Below are positions 39,729-50,320 of a DNA stretch of 64,000 nt, in pieces. Under the pieces are notes generated by a model, which worked only from the letters and a program-made list of their open reading frames with translations, did not search any database and was not told where the DNA came from. Every line of letters begins with the position of its first letter. The stretch's first letter is position 1. The stretch is from Candidatus Omnitrophota bacterium (GTDB taxonomy: Bacteria; Omnitrophota; Gorgyraeia; Gygaellales; Profunditerraquicolaceae), in assembly GCA_026387355.1 (NCBI GenBank), contig JAPLLW010000014.1:5295-69294 (forward strand). Direction: 5' to 3'. The position numbers and the translations under genes were made by a program.

Positions 39729-40816
39729 TGTTTTATAATCTACTTTATCCGCTTCACGATTTAATCTCCGTTTTTAATATTTTTCGTTATATCACTTTCC
39801 GCGCAGCTATGGCTGCATTAACCAGTTTTATTATCTGTTTATTGCTGGGGCCGTTGGTTATAAAAAAATTAAAAAAACTTAAAGTCGGCGAGAAGATCAA
39901 TAAAGGGGATAGCGTAAGATTGGATGATTTAAATCGCGCTAAACACGATACCCCGACAATGGGAGGATTGCTTATACTAGCTGCGGTGATCGGTTCTACC
40001 ATGCTCTGGGCGGATATGACGAACAAATATATCTGGGTGGTTCTATTTAGCACGATTTGGCTCGGGATAACCGGTTTTTCCGATGACTATTTAAAACAGG
40101 TTAAAAAGAAAGCTAAGGGCTTAAGTGCAAAATATAAGTTTTCTAGCCAGGTGATCCTGGGATTAATACTCGGAGTTACTTTGCTATTTTATTTTCAAGA
40201 GAGCGTGAAGTTGGATATTCCTTTTATCAAAAATGCGGCTTTGGATTTAGATGGTTTATATATAATATTTGTAATTTTGGTTGTAGCTGGATCCTCCAAT
40301 GCGGTGAATTTAACTGATGGCCTTGATGGCTTAGCCATAGGTATTGTAGTTATGGTAGCTTTGGCTTTCAGCGTCTTGTGTTATGTCTCCGGAAATATTA
40401 AGATGAGCGAGTATCTTTTAGTCCCATATTTAAGAGGCAGCGGAGAGCTGACTATATTTTGCGCGAGTATATTCGGAGCAGGCTTGGGTTTTCTTTGGTT
40501 TAACTGTTATCCTGCATCAATTTTCATGGGCGATGTAGGGTCTCTCTCCTTGGGTGGCGCCTTGGGGACGGTTGCCTTATTAATCCGCAAAGAATTGCTT
40601 CTGGTTATAGTTGGGGGTATATTTGTAATTGAGGCATTATCTGTAATTTTGCAAGTGAGCTCATTCCGATTAACTAAGAAGCGCATATTTAAGATTGCCC
40701 CGCTACATCATCATTTCCAATTTCTTAACTGGCCGGAGAATAAGGTTATTGTTAGATTCTGGATTGTTGCAGCCCTCTTAGCATTGTTAACAATAGTAAC
40801 TCTAAAGATTCGCTAA
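39728..40816 (+). CDS. mraY: phospho-N-acetylmuramoyl-pentapeptide transferase
   Basis: 362 aa; polytopic; conserved DD (FSDDYLK), NAVNLTDGLDGLA and PASIFMGDVGSL motifs. Confidence 0.95.
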   Translation: MFYNLLYPLHDLISVFNIFRYITFRAAMAALTSFIICLLLGPLVIKKLKKLKVGEKINKGDSVRLDDLNRAKHDTPTMGGLLILAAVIGSTMLWADMTNKYIWVVLFSTIWLGITGFSDDYLKQVKKKAKGLSAKYKFSSQVILGLILGVTLLFYFQESVKLDIPFIKNAALDLDGLYIIFVILVVAGSSNAVNLTDGLDGLAIGIVVMVALAFSVLCYVSGNIKMSEYLLVPYLRGSGELTIFCASIFGAGLGFLWFNCYPASIFMGDVGSLSLGGALGTVALLIRKELLLVIVGGIFVIEALSVILQVSSFRLTKKRIFKIAPLHHHFQFLNWPENKVIVRFWIVAALLALLTIVTLKIR

Positions 40817-40824
40817 ACTTTTCC

Positions 40825-42093
40825 ATGAGGAATAAGGATTATTTTAAAAACAAGTTTATTCTGATTGTGGGCCTTGCCCGCAGCGGAGTAGCTTCGGCTA
40901 ATCTGCTTTTTGATTTGGGCGCACACGTTTGGGTTACGGATAATCAGGATAATAGCGCAACGCGAAAGGGCCTGGCAGAGTTAAAATCAAAAGAGATAAA
41001 AGTAGAGCTAGGAAGCCACTCCCGGGAATTTGTTAAAGATAAAGAGATTGTTGTTGTTTCGCCAGGAGTCCCTAATCAATCCTTGCCTATACTTTGGGCT
41101 AAAGAAGCTGATATTCCCGTAATCAGTGAGCTTGAATTAGCCTGGATTCTATGTCCGGCGGAAGTGATTGCGATAACCGGAACTAACGGGAAAACTACGG
41201 TAACGACATTAATCGGAGATATGCTTAAGGCAGCAGGTAAAAGAGTATTTGTCTGCGGCAATATAGGAAAACCTTTTTCTTCTCAGGTAGAAAAGATTCA
41301 GGCAGGTGATTTTGTTTCGCTAGAGGTTAGCTCTTTCCAGTTGGAAAACATAGATACATTTAAGCCCAAGATATCGCTGATACTTAATTTAAGCCGTAAT
41401 CATCTGGACCGTTATAATAATATGTCGGATTACCTTGATGCCAAGAGACGCATATCTAAGAATCAGGATGAAACTGATTATTTAGTTTTGAATAATGATG
41501 ATCCGTTGATTAAGGGTCTGGCTAAAGAAGCAAAGGCTAAGGTTGTTTATTTCCGCAGTGAAGTTGGGTTAAATCCTAACCAGTCGGCGGTTTTAGCTGT
41601 TGCTTCTATATTAAAGATAGATAAGTCTTTAGCTTTGAAAGTCTTTAATGAATTTAAGGGAGTTGAGCACCGCATGGAAGAGGTGCGTAAGTTAAACGGG
41701 GTAAGATTTATCAATGATTCTAAATCTACGACAACTGCAGCTACACTCTGGGCATTAAGTAATTTATCAGAGCCTTTAATTCTAATCTGCGGGGGCAGGG
41801 AAAAGGGTAATGATTATATCCGGGTTTTGGAATTAGCCGCTAAGAAAGTGAAGAAAGCCATTCTTATCGGAGAGGCGAAAGACAAAATCAAGAATGCCTT
41901 TAGCGGTAGAATTAATATAGAGGAGGCTCTTAGTTTAAAAGAAGCAGTAAAGAAAGCTTATGCGTTAGCTTTGCCGGGAGATTGTATTTTGTTTTCCCCG
42001 ATGTGCAAGAGCTTTGACATGTTCACCGATTACGAAGAGAGAGGGCGTGTTTTTAAGTCCTTGGTATCTGAATTATCTAAAATAGAGGAATAG
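40825..42093 (+). CDS. murD: UDP-N-acetylmuramoylalanine--D-glutamate ligase
   Basis: 422 aa; GLARSG Rossmann N-terminus, P-loop GTNGKTT. Confidence 0.9.
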   Translation: MRNKDYFKNKFILIVGLARSGVASANLLFDLGAHVWVTDNQDNSATRKGLAELKSKEIKVELGSHSREFVKDKEIVVVSPGVPNQSLPILWAKEADIPVISELELAWILCPAEVIAITGTNGKTTVTTLIGDMLKAAGKRVFVCGNIGKPFSSQVEKIQAGDFVSLEVSSFQLENIDTFKPKISLILNLSRNHLDRYNNMSDYLDAKRRISKNQDETDYLVLNNDDPLIKGLAKEAKAKVVYFRSEVGLNPNQSAVLAVASILKIDKSLALKVFNEFKGVEHRMEEVRKLNGVRFINDSKSTTTAATLWALSNLSEPLILICGGREKGNDYIRVLELAAKKVKKAILIGEAKDKIKNAFSGRINIEEALSLKEAVKKAYALALPGDCILFSPMCKSFDMFTDYEERGRVFKSLVSELSKIEE

Positions 42094-42095
42094 GC

Positions 42096-43183
42096 GTGGT
42101 ACGTAATATTAGGATCAATTTATTTACGGTTGCGGTACTCCTTATATGTATAGGAGTGGTTATGATTTACAGCTCTTCAAGCATTTATGCCGGGGAACAA
42201 TATAACGACGGATTCTTTTTCCTAAAAAGGCATCTCGCTTTTTTGTTGATAGGATTGGTTTTAACTTTCTTTTTTATGAGCATTGATTACCGGAAGCTAA
42301 AGCAGTTTTCCCGGCCGCTATTGATAATCTCGATTATTTTGTTAGTGCTGGTCCTGGTTCCAGGGTTAGGCAGGGAAGTTGCCGGCGCGCGCAGGTGGTT
42401 CAGGTTCAAGGCTTTAAGTTTTCAGCCTTCTGAGTTAGCCAGCCTTGCTTTGATTATTTATATCGCTGATTTTATATCGCGAAAGGGGACATTGATTAAG
42501 ACTTTTGTCAGGGGTTTTTTACCACCTATGTGCATTTTAGGCGTTTGCGCTTTCCTTATTGTCATCCAGCCTGATTTGGGTACTACTATCGCTTTAGGCG
42601 TTGTGGTTTTGATGATGATTTTTGTTGCGGGGGTCAGGCCCGTTTATATCCTTTCGTTAATTTTAAGTAGCCTACCCGCGCTTTATCTTTTAATATTTCA
42701 TGTTGCTTACCGTAGGGCGCGTATTTTAGCTTTTTTGAATCCATGGTTAGATCCTAAGGGAACAGGTTTTCAGATAATCCAGTCTCAGGTGGCTTTAGGC
42801 AGTGGAGGGATATTCGGGGTGGGGTTGGGGCATTCAAAACAAAAGTTATTTTATCTTCCAGCTGCTCATACGGATTTTATTTTTTCCATAATCGGTGAAG
42901 AGCTGGGCTTGATTGGTACTATCGGGGTAATATTATAATCTTTATCCAGCAGGGGATTAAAGTGGTTAAAAATGCCCCGGATAAGTTCGGGTATTTTCTT
43001 GCGCTTGGTCTGGTCTTAATGATTGCTTTTAGGGCAGCAGTAAATATAGGGGTTTCTTGTGGAGTCTTGCCGACCAAAGGGCTCCCGCTACCATTTATCA
43101 GTTATGGCGGCTCATCTTTTATCTTTGATATGGTTTGCGTCGGGATACTCGTAAATATTGCGCGTACCGGAGAATACCCATAA
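42096..43183 (+). CDS. ftsW: peptidoglycan glycosyltransferase FtsW (SEDS), interrupted by an apparent single-base frameshift near 42925-42935
   Basis: ORF 42096-42938 encodes FtsW TM1-8 and ends ...IGVIL*. The -1 frame continues IIFIQQGIKVVKNAPDKFGYFLALG...GLPLPFISYGGSSFI (FtsW C-terminus) to 43183. Homopolymer GGGG/TAATATTATAA context. Confidence 0.8.
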
Positions 43184-44268
43184 TGAGAGTTCTAGTAGCT
43201 GCTGGATCAAGCGGCGGGCACATATTCCCTGCATTAAGCTTTATCCGGGCAATAAAAGACAAGGATGTAGGGATCAGTACACTCTTGGTTTTACCGAAGA
43301 GATGTATTGGTCTTTATTCTCTTCCGGATGGTAGCAGGATCAGGTATATCTGTGGCTCAAATCTTACCCTAAAGATCGCTCCTAAAAGCCTTATCTCTTT
43401 GTTTGAATTCTTAAAGGGGGTAGCGCAAAGCCTGAGCATTATTATTGAATATAGGCCGGATATAGTTGCCGGTTTTGGTAGCCTTGACAGCATTGCTATT
43501 GTATTATTCGGCTGGTTTTTCAGGATTAAAACAATTGTGCACGAGCAGAATGTTATTCCGGGGCGGGCGAACAGATTACTGGCTAGATTTGTAGATAAGG
43601 TGGCAGTTTCTTTTACTGATACGGGCGATTATCTAAATATAGATAAGCAGAAGGTGGCTTTTACCGGAAACCCCTTGCGCAAGGAGTTGGTTAAGATTGA
43701 AAGGCTTAAGGCGCTTGAGTTTTTCGGGCTCACTCAGGATAAGTTTACGATCTTAGTTGCCGGTGGGAGCCAGGGGAGTGGGCATGTAAATAGTGTCTTT
43801 TCAGATACCCTACTTAGCTCTCCGGATTTAGCTAAATGCCAGGTAATACATATATCCGGCAATAAGGATTACGCTGATTTGAAAGAGAAGTATAGATGTC
43901 TTGACTCAAGGGTTACGCTTTTTAGCTTCTTTGATAAAATGCATTATGCTTATAGCGCAAGCGACCTGGTTGTCTGCCGCGCAGGCGCAACTACCATTGC
44001 TGAGTTGCTTTATTTTAACCTTCCGGCGATCTTTATCCCGTATCCATATGCCTATGCGCATCAATATAATAATGCCCAGGTTGTCGCAAGCTTGGGTAAG
44101 GCAAAGATCGTCAGTGATGCAGAGCTAAGCGTTGATAAATTAAGGCAAGCCTTACTTGAGTGTATCAGCTCTCAAGGGAAAAGCGGCATTATGCATGTTT
44201 CCCAGGTTAAGGTTAATCAGGAAAACGCGGCTGATTCTTTGGCTAATTTAGTTCTTTCTCTGATATGA
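43183..44268 (+). CDS. murG: UDP-N-acetylglucosamine--N-acetylmuramyl-(pentapeptide) pyrophosphoryl-undecaprenol N-acetylglucosamine transferase
   Basis: MRVLVAAGSSGGHIFPAL N-terminus (G-loop 1) and a GT-B C-terminal domain; start placed at ATG 43183 overlapping the ftsW stop (track start 43135). Confidence 0.9.
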   Translation: MRVLVAAGSSGGHIFPALSFIRAIKDKDVGISTLLVLPKRCIGLYSLPDGSRIRYICGSNLTLKIAPKSLISLFEFLKGVAQSLSIIIEYRPDIVAGFGSLDSIAIVLFGWFFRIKTIVHEQNVIPGRANRLLARFVDKVAVSFTDTGDYLNIDKQKVAFTGNPLRKELVKIERLKALEFFGLTQDKFTILVAGGSQGSGHVNSVFSDTLLSSPDLAKCQVIHISGNKDYADLKEKYRCLDSRVTLFSFFDKMHYAYSASDLVVCRAGATTIAELLYFNLPAIFIPYPYAYAHQYNNAQVVASLGKAKIVSDAELSVDKLRQALLECISSQGKSGIMHVSQVKVNQENAADSLANLVLSLI

Positions 44269-45050
44269 AGAAAACACTCTGCTTATTCTTCGTCACTTTT
44301 TTATTTTTCACTTATTCATATGCTCAGGAGTCAAAAGATTGGGAGGTGTTTAAGTCTACGCATTTTTTGATATACTATAAAAATGTTCCGGTAGATTTTA
44401 TCAGCGGAGTGAGTACCGTATCTGAGAAGTATTATAATGCAATAGCTGAGGATTTAGGTTTTAGCCGTCTTAATTTCTGGTCATGGGATGACCGGGCAAA
44501 GATTTATATCTATGATGATGTTTCTGACTATCAAAGACAGACTGGGGAGCCTTCCTGGTCGCAGGGGCGTACTGTTCCCGGCTATAAGATAATCCAAAGC
44601 TATTTTGGCGCTCAGGAATTTTTGGAATCGACTCTTCCGCATGAGATGAGCCATATAATATTCAGAGAGTTTGTAGGTTTCAATAATCCCGCCGTGCCTC
44701 TATGGCTTGATGAAGGGGTTTCATCTTATCAGGAGAAGATTAAATTCGCCGGGACTAGTGAGATCCTAAGAGACGCTATGGAGAAGAAGGTATTTATGGA
44801 TTTACTGAAGTTAACCGGCTTTAAAGATTATCCTTTAGAGTATGGGAGCGAATCCGTAAGGCTATTTTATGCAGAGTCATTCAGTCTGATTGAGTACTTA
44901 ATGAAGAAATTCGGCAGGGATAAATTTGTTACTTTTTGCCAGGATTTAAGAGATAAGAGGAGTTTTGAGGGCGCGTTATCATCCGGTTATAATTTCGCGG
45001 ATTTAAAAGAGATGGATCAGGCGTGGCAGGATTATATTAAAAATGAATAA
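44265..45050 (+). CDS. secreted peptidase MA-like (HExxH) protein inserted between murG and murC
   Basis: 261 aa; cleavable signal peptide (FTYSYA-QE); zincin motif LPHEMSHIIF with downstream E; overlaps both neighbours, so co-transcribed with the dcw operon. Confidence 0.6.
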   Translation: MKKTLCLFFVTFLFFTYSYAQESKDWEVFKSTHFLIYYKNVPVDFISGVSTVSEKYYNAIAEDLGFSRLNFWSWDDRAKIYIYDDVSDYQRQTGEPSWSQGRTVPGYKIIQSYFGAQEFLESTLPHEMSHIIFREFVGFNNPAVPLWLDEGVSSYQEKIKFAGTSEILRDAMEKKVFMDLLKLTGFKDYPLEYGSESVRLFYAESFSLIEYLMKKFGRDKFVTFCQDLRDKRSFEGALSSGYNFADLKEMDQAWQDYIKNE

Positions 45051-46410
45051 ACATTATCATTTAATCGGTATCGGCGGTATTGGAATGAGCGGGATTGCTC
45101 AACTGCTTTTAAGTTGCGGAATAAAGGTGAGCGGTTCAGATCTAAAAGAGAATAAAGTTACAGCGTCACTCCGGAGGTCAGGTGCTATAATTTATTTAGG
45201 GCACAATGCTTCTAATATAGGAGATGCTAATGCGGTAGTTCATTCTTCAGCTATAAAAGATGATAATCCCGAGTTAATCCAGGCAAAAAAGTCGGGTATA
45301 CGTTTAATTAAGCGAGCAGAGGCCTTAGCTGAGCTTATGCAAAACAAAAACGTAATCACTGTCTCCGGTAGCCACGGTAAGACAACCACCACATCCTTAG
45401 TCTCCTGCCTTTTGCTTGAAGCAGGACTTTTCCCAACAGTCGCCATAGGAGGTATTCTTAATAATATTGGTACTAATGCCTGTTTGGGGCGCGGGGAGTT
45501 GTTTGTGGCCGAGGCAGATGAGTCAGATGGGTCTTTTTTATACTATCAACCGAAGTATTCCATAATTACAAATATTGATCGCGAGCATCTTGATTACTAC
45601 GGGAGTTTTGAGAGTGAAATTAACTCTTTTAGAGAATTTATAAATCGTACAGTTAAAGGCGGGTGCGTATTCGCATGTTCCGACGATATTAATTTAAAGA
45701 ATATTTTGCGTGACTACAAAGGTAAGTATGTTTTATTCGGGTTAAATGCAGGCGCGCATATCTATCCTAAAAATATAAGCTTTCAGGGGCTAAGCAGCGA
45801 ATTTGATTGTTTTTATAAGGATAAACTTGTGGACAGATTTAGTCTTGCCTTAGGGGGGATGCACAATATCTCCAACGCCCTTTCTGTGATTGCTTTGGGT
45901 ATCGAGTTAGGTATAGATTCAGAATTTATCAAGAAGGCATTGAGCGGTTATAAAGGTTCGGGCAGGCGCCTTGAGACTAAGTTTAGCAGTCCGGAATATA
46001 TCGTAATCGATGATTATGCGCATCATCCAACTGAGATCCAGGCTACGCTTAAGGCAGTAAGAGAGCTGAAGCGTAGAAGGGTGCTTGCTGTATTTCAGCC
46101 GCATCGTTATACCCGAACTCAGTTGTTGTTAGAAGAATTTTCGCAGAGTTTCGAAGATGTGGACTACTTGATTATTACCGATATATACGCCGCTAGTGAG
46201 CCTGAGATTGAGGGGGTAAATGCTAATCTACTTTGCGAACGGATTAAGCAGCGCTGTAAATCCAAAGAAGTCCGCTATATCCCTAAAGAAAAGATTGTAG
46301 AGCATTTATTAATGATTTTGAGACCCGAAGATTTAGTAATTACTCTAGGTGCCGGAGATATTGTTAAGGTAAGCGATGAATTGGCCGAAGAACTTAAAAG
46401 TAAAAGCTAA
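45043..46410 (+). CDS. murC: UDP-N-acetylmuramate--L-alanine ligase
   Basis: 455 aa; HLIGIGGIGMSGIA N-terminus, P-loop GSHGKTTTT. Confidence 0.9.
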   Translation: MNKHYHLIGIGGIGMSGIAQLLLSCGIKVSGSDLKENKVTASLRRSGAIIYLGHNASNIGDANAVVHSSAIKDDNPELIQAKKSGIRLIKRAEALAELMQNKNVITVSGSHGKTTTTSLVSCLLLEAGLFPTVAIGGILNNIGTNACLGRGELFVAEADESDGSFLYYQPKYSIITNIDREHLDYYGSFESEINSFREFINRTVKGGCVFACSDDINLKNILRDYKGKYVLFGLNAGAHIYPKNISFQGLSSEFDCFYKDKLVDRFSLALGGMHNISNALSVIALGIELGIDSEFIKKALSGYKGSGRRLETKFSSPEYIVIDDYAHHPTEIQATLKAVRELKRRRVLAVFQPHRYTRTQLLLEEFSQSFEDVDYLIITDIYAASEPEIEGVNANLLCERIKQRCKSKEVRYIPKEKIVEHLLMILRPEDLVITLGAGDIVKVSDELAEELKSKS

Positions 46411-47251
46411 AGAACCTTTAAGAAATAAAACTACCTTTAGGATCGGAGGAGTTGCGCAGTACTTCTCTGAGCCTAAAAACTACTCTCAATTAAGGGGTCT
46501 GGTTATTGCGTCTAAAACAAGCAGGCTGCCAATTCTTATTCTCGGGGGAGGGAGCAATTTATTGATTCGCGATGGCCTATTAAGGGGCTTGACCATAAAA
46601 TTAAACTCTATACCTTTTAAAAGAATATCCAGAAAAGGTAATTGTATTACAGCCGGAAGCCAGGTTATGCTTGGGGCTTTGATTAAATTTGCTAATCAGC
46701 AATCTTTAAGCGGATTGGAATTTTTATCCGGGATCCCGGGTTCTTTTGGCGGTGCTCTGGCGATGAACGCAGGGTGCTGGGGAACGGAGTTGGGTAGCTT
46801 AGTAAAAGAAGTGGAAATAATGGATTATAATGGTAAGATATCTATCCTAAAGAGTAAGGATATAAGATTTTCATATCGGGATTCCAGTATCCAGAAGTAC
46901 ATCATCCTCTCCGGCACAATAAGGCTTAAATCCCGGAGTAAGATAAAGATTAGAGATAAGATAAATAATTATTTAAACCTGCGGCGCAAGAGCCAGGATT
47001 TGACTTATCCGAATGCAGGAAGCATTTTTAGAAATCCGGATAAAGAATCAGCCGGGCGCTTAATAGATTTATGCGGCTTAAAGGGTAGCCATGTAGGCCA
47101 GGCTTATGTATCTTCACGGCACGCTAATTTCATATTAAATAGAGGTAGCGCACGGGCAGTTGATGTTTTGAAGCTTATGCAGTTGGTCGAGAATAAGGTA
47201 AAGAGTAAGTACGGGATAGTTTTACAACCAGAGATAAAGATATGGCGATAA
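46376..47251 (+). CDS. murB: UDP-N-acetylenolpyruvoylglucosamine reductase (start may lie later than the track start)
   Basis: 291 aa; FAD-binding PCMH domain (NKTTFRIGGVA, GGGSNLL) and C-terminal MurB domain (GSHVGQAYVSSRHANFILN). Confidence 0.85.
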   Translation: MNWPKNLKVKAKEPLRNKTTFRIGGVAQYFSEPKNYSQLRGLVIASKTSRLPILILGGGSNLLIRDGLLRGLTIKLNSIPFKRISRKGNCITAGSQVMLGALIKFANQQSLSGLEFLSGIPGSFGGALAMNAGCWGTELGSLVKEVEIMDYNGKISILKSKDIRFSYRDSSIQKYIILSGTIRLKSRSKIKIRDKINNYLNLRRKSQDLTYPNAGSIFRNPDKESAGRLIDLCGLKGSHVGQAYVSSRHANFILNRGSARAVDVLKLMQLVENKVKSKYGIVLQPEIKIWR

Positions 47252-48189
47252 AGAATAATTTAGGTAGAGTTGGTGTTTTAATGTCAGGGCCGTCTACTGA
47301 GAAAAAGATTTCTCTTAAATCTGGACATGCTGTTTACATTGCGCTTAAAAAAGCTAGAGTTGACGCTATACCAATAATTATTAAGAGTGATAAGATTCAA
47401 GAAAATATGCGGCTAATCAGGTCTAAGAAGATTGATTGCGCTTTTATAGCGCTTCATGGCCATTTCGGGGAAGACGGGGGGATTCAAAAAATATTGGATA
47501 AGCTTAGAGTTCCTTATACCGGCTCAGGAGTCAGGGCAAGCAGGTTGGCCATGGATAAGATTGCTTCACGCAGTATTTTTCGTAAACACGGATTAATAAC
47601 CCCGCGTTCTAAAGTATTAACTAAGAATCTACAACATATTGCTAGTCTCGATCATCTGGGGCTACCTTTAGTAATTAAGCCGGCTAGCCATGGTTCTAGC
47701 ATAGGCCTTTCAATCGTAGCTAAGCCTAAAGAAATCCCTAAGGCAATAAGGCTAGCTTTTAAGTTTGACAAAAGAATAATTATTGAAGAATATATTAAAG
47801 GTAGAGAGTTAACCGTAGGTATACTTGATAACATGGCTTTACCGGTAATCGAGATTGTACCTAAGCATTCTTTTTTTGATTATCAGGCTAAGTATCAAAA
47901 AGGGCTCACTGAGTATATTGTGCCGGCAAGATTATCTCCTGCGGTAGCTAAAAGAGTGAAAGAGGCGGCATTATCTGCGCATAAGCTTCTTGGTTGCTTT
48001 GGTTGCTCAAGGGCCGATATTATTCTGGATAATAAAAACAATCCTGTTATTTTAGAGATCAATACTATTCCCGGGTTTACTTCTACTAGCCTTTTGCCTA
48101 AAGCGGCAAGAGAAAGCGGCGTTGATTTTGTTTCCTTATGTATAAAGTTAATAATGTTGGGTATAATAAGAAAAATGGAGAGAGGGTGA
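47242..48189 (+). CDS. ddl: D-alanine--D-alanine ligase
   Basis: 315 aa; ATP-grasp; conserved Ddl blocks (FIALHGHFGEDGGIQ, EINTIPGFTSTSL). Confidence 0.9.
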   Translation: MAIKNNLGRVGVLMSGPSTEKKISLKSGHAVYIALKKARVDAIPIIIKSDKIQENMRLIRSKKIDCAFIALHGHFGEDGGIQKILDKLRVPYTGSGVRASRLAMDKIASRSIFRKHGLITPRSKVLTKNLQHIASLDHLGLPLVIKPASHGSSIGLSIVAKPKEIPKAIRLAFKFDKRIIIEEYIKGRELTVGILDNMALPVIEIVPKHSFFDYQAKYQKGLTEYIVPARLSPAVAKRVKEAALSAHKLLGCFGCSRADIILDNKNNPVILEINTIPGFTSTSLLPKAARESGVDFVSLCIKLIMLGIIRKMERG

Positions 48190-48974
48190 AAAGAAAAGGA
48201 TTTAGAATCCCCGGCAAGCCGTTATTCATTAGCTTAATAATTCTTCTTGCCTTGTGTTTTGCAATAGGTTATATTTGGAGAATCTTAAGCACCTCTGAAT
48301 ATTTCCAAGTCAAAGATATTATTAGCAAGGAAGATTCAAGAGTTGATCTTTCATACTTAAAAGGAAAGAATATTTTTAATCTGGATCTGTCGAAAGAATC
48401 CTTAAATATCATTAAGGTTTGTCCGGATTGTTCCCGGATAAGGCTGGCAAGGATCCTGCCGAACCGTATTTACGTTGAGTTTGTAAAGCGTAAGCCGGTT
48501 GCATTTATCAGGCTGAATAATTATCTTGCTGTTGACGAATGCGGAGTTGTTTTCTATACCTCAGTGAAGCCCGATGAATCCGACTTACCGATAATTCTGG
48601 GGCTAGAATCTAAGATAACTGGGCCTAAGTCCGGGAAAAGATATGAATTTAAAGAGCTTTTAGTCGCCCTGGATATACTTAAAGAGGCGCGTAGAAATCC
48701 GCTTTTAAGAGAGTGTAAAATTAGTAAGATTGATGTTAGCGATATAGATAATATAGCAATTCAGATGCCGTTTCCGCAAAAGAGCGCTAGTACCCTTAGC
48801 CCTAAAGCGTCTATAAAAAGTGATTTTCTGGTGGTTAAGATTTCCCAGGGCAATATCAGCGAGAAGATAGTGATTATGGCGGGCCTTATAAACCAAGAGA
48901 AGCAGAATCTTGAAGATATAAAATATATTGATCTTAGGTTCAGGGAGCCGGTGATTAAATTTAAGGATAAGTGA
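48138..48974 (+). CDS. ftsQ: cell division protein FtsQ/DivIB (TM + POTRA)
   Basis: 278 aa; single TM (LFISLIILLALCFAIGYIW) followed by a POTRA-like beta domain; position between ddl and ftsA. Start uncertain. Confidence 0.7.
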   Translation: MYKVNNVGYNKKNGERVKRKGFRIPGKPLFISLIILLALCFAIGYIWRILSTSEYFQVKDIISKEDSRVDLSYLKGKNIFNLDLSKESLNIIKVCPDCSRIRLARILPNRIYVEFVKRKPVAFIRLNNYLAVDECGVVFYTSVKPDESDLPIILGLESKITGPKSGKRYEFKELLVALDILKEARRNPLLRECKISKIDVSDIDNIAIQMPFPQKSASTLSPKASIKSDFLVVKISQGNISEKIVIMAGLINQEKQNLEDIKYIDLRFREPVIKFKDK

Positions 48975-50236
48975 GTATTATTATGTTGAGTAATTACATT
49001 TGTGTTTTGGATATTGGTTCAAGTAAGGTCTCTGCCTGCGTTGCGCAGTTTAAAAAGAAGAAGCTGGCGAATCTTTTTTTCGAATCTCTCCCGGTTACAG
49101 GCGTCAGAGAAGGGGTGATAGTTGATTCTATTGCTTTGATCGGCTCGATTTCCAAGGTATTGAAAAACCTGAAATCAAAATCCGGAATAAACATTAAGTT
49201 CGTCTCGGTAAATATATCCGGTCAGGATATCATTACTAAGCACAGCCGGGCAATTATTCCGCTTGCTGAACGCGGGAATAAAGTAATAAGTGTTTCAGAT
49301 ATGCAAAAGGCGAACGAACAGGCGCGTATCCTTGGCTCTAGTTTAGAGGAAGAGATAATTCATGCAATTCCTTCCAGTTACACAATAGATTCTAAAAATA
49401 ATATTCTTAATCCGCTAGGACTCTATAGCCATAGGCTGGAAGTGGACTTATATTTAATCTGTGGCAAGTTATCTTCAGTGCAAAGCCTTGCCCGCGTAAT
49501 TAATCAGTCGGGATATGAGATAAAAGAGATGTTTTTTTCGGGGCTTGCTACCAGCAAGGCGGTTTTTAGTAAAAGTTCCAAAGACGAATTAAATGTCTTT
49601 TGCGATATAGGTAGCGACACAACCGAGATCTTAATCTTTAAGGATGGGCTGCTTAAGGATATTCAAGTATTGCCTTTTGGTGGAGACGAATTGACTAGGG
49701 AGCTTTCGGATAATTTAAAGATTACATTTGATTTGGCTGAAGATATCAAAAGGTCGCATGGGATTATCGGTGGAATTAATGAGATCAGGGAAGATAAGGA
49801 GATCCTGGTGAAAAAAGAGGGTTTCTATAAGCCGATAAAGCAAAAACTCGTTGTAGAAATAATCACTGCTTCAGCTAAGTCAATCTGTGCAAAAATAAAA
49901 GAAGCCATTGAAAAAAAAGTTGCGCTTTATGAGATAAATAATTTTATTATTGTAGGCAGGACTATCCTTCTGGAGGGCTTTATCGAGACCCTGGAAAATA
50001 CCATGATCATCCCTGCGAGAATGGGTAGAATTACCAATCTTGAAATCATCTCCTTAATTAAGGAGAATAGCGATTTATCCGGACAAAAGTATCTTACCTA
50101 TCTTACTTGCCTAGGGATGCTTTGTGAGTCATTAGAGAAGAAGCCCTTAGGAATCCTTCCGCTACATGCGCCTGTTCAAAGCCTCTTATTAAAAACGATA
50201 AACAGAGTTAAGGAAGTCTATCAAGAATATTTCTAG
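48971..50236 (+). CDS. ftsA: cell division protein FtsA
   Basis: 421 aa; actin/HSP70 fold motifs (VLDIGSSKVSACVAQF; FCDIGSDTTEILIFKDG; VGRTILLEG). Confidence 0.9.
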   Translation: MSIIMLSNYICVLDIGSSKVSACVAQFKKKKLANLFFESLPVTGVREGVIVDSIALIGSISKVLKNLKSKSGINIKFVSVNISGQDIITKHSRAIIPLAERGNKVISVSDMQKANEQARILGSSLEEEIIHAIPSSYTIDSKNNILNPLGLYSHRLEVDLYLICGKLSSVQSLARVINQSGYEIKEMFFSGLATSKAVFSKSSKDELNVFCDIGSDTTEILIFKDGLLKDIQVLPFGGDELTRELSDNLKITFDLAEDIKRSHGIIGGINEIREDKEILVKKEGFYKPIKQKLVVEIITASAKSICAKIKEAIEKKVALYEINNFIIVGRTILLEGFIETLENTMIIPARMGRITNLEIISLIKENSDLSGQKYLTYLTCLGMLCESLEKKPLGILPLHAPVQSLLLKTINRVKEVYQEYF

Positions 50237-50320
50237 ATTCCCATCCTAACGGATTCTGTGCAATCCACCAATTGCAAAGCATTAATTATACTTATTGCTA
50301 GAGGTTTTGTTTACTTTTAA

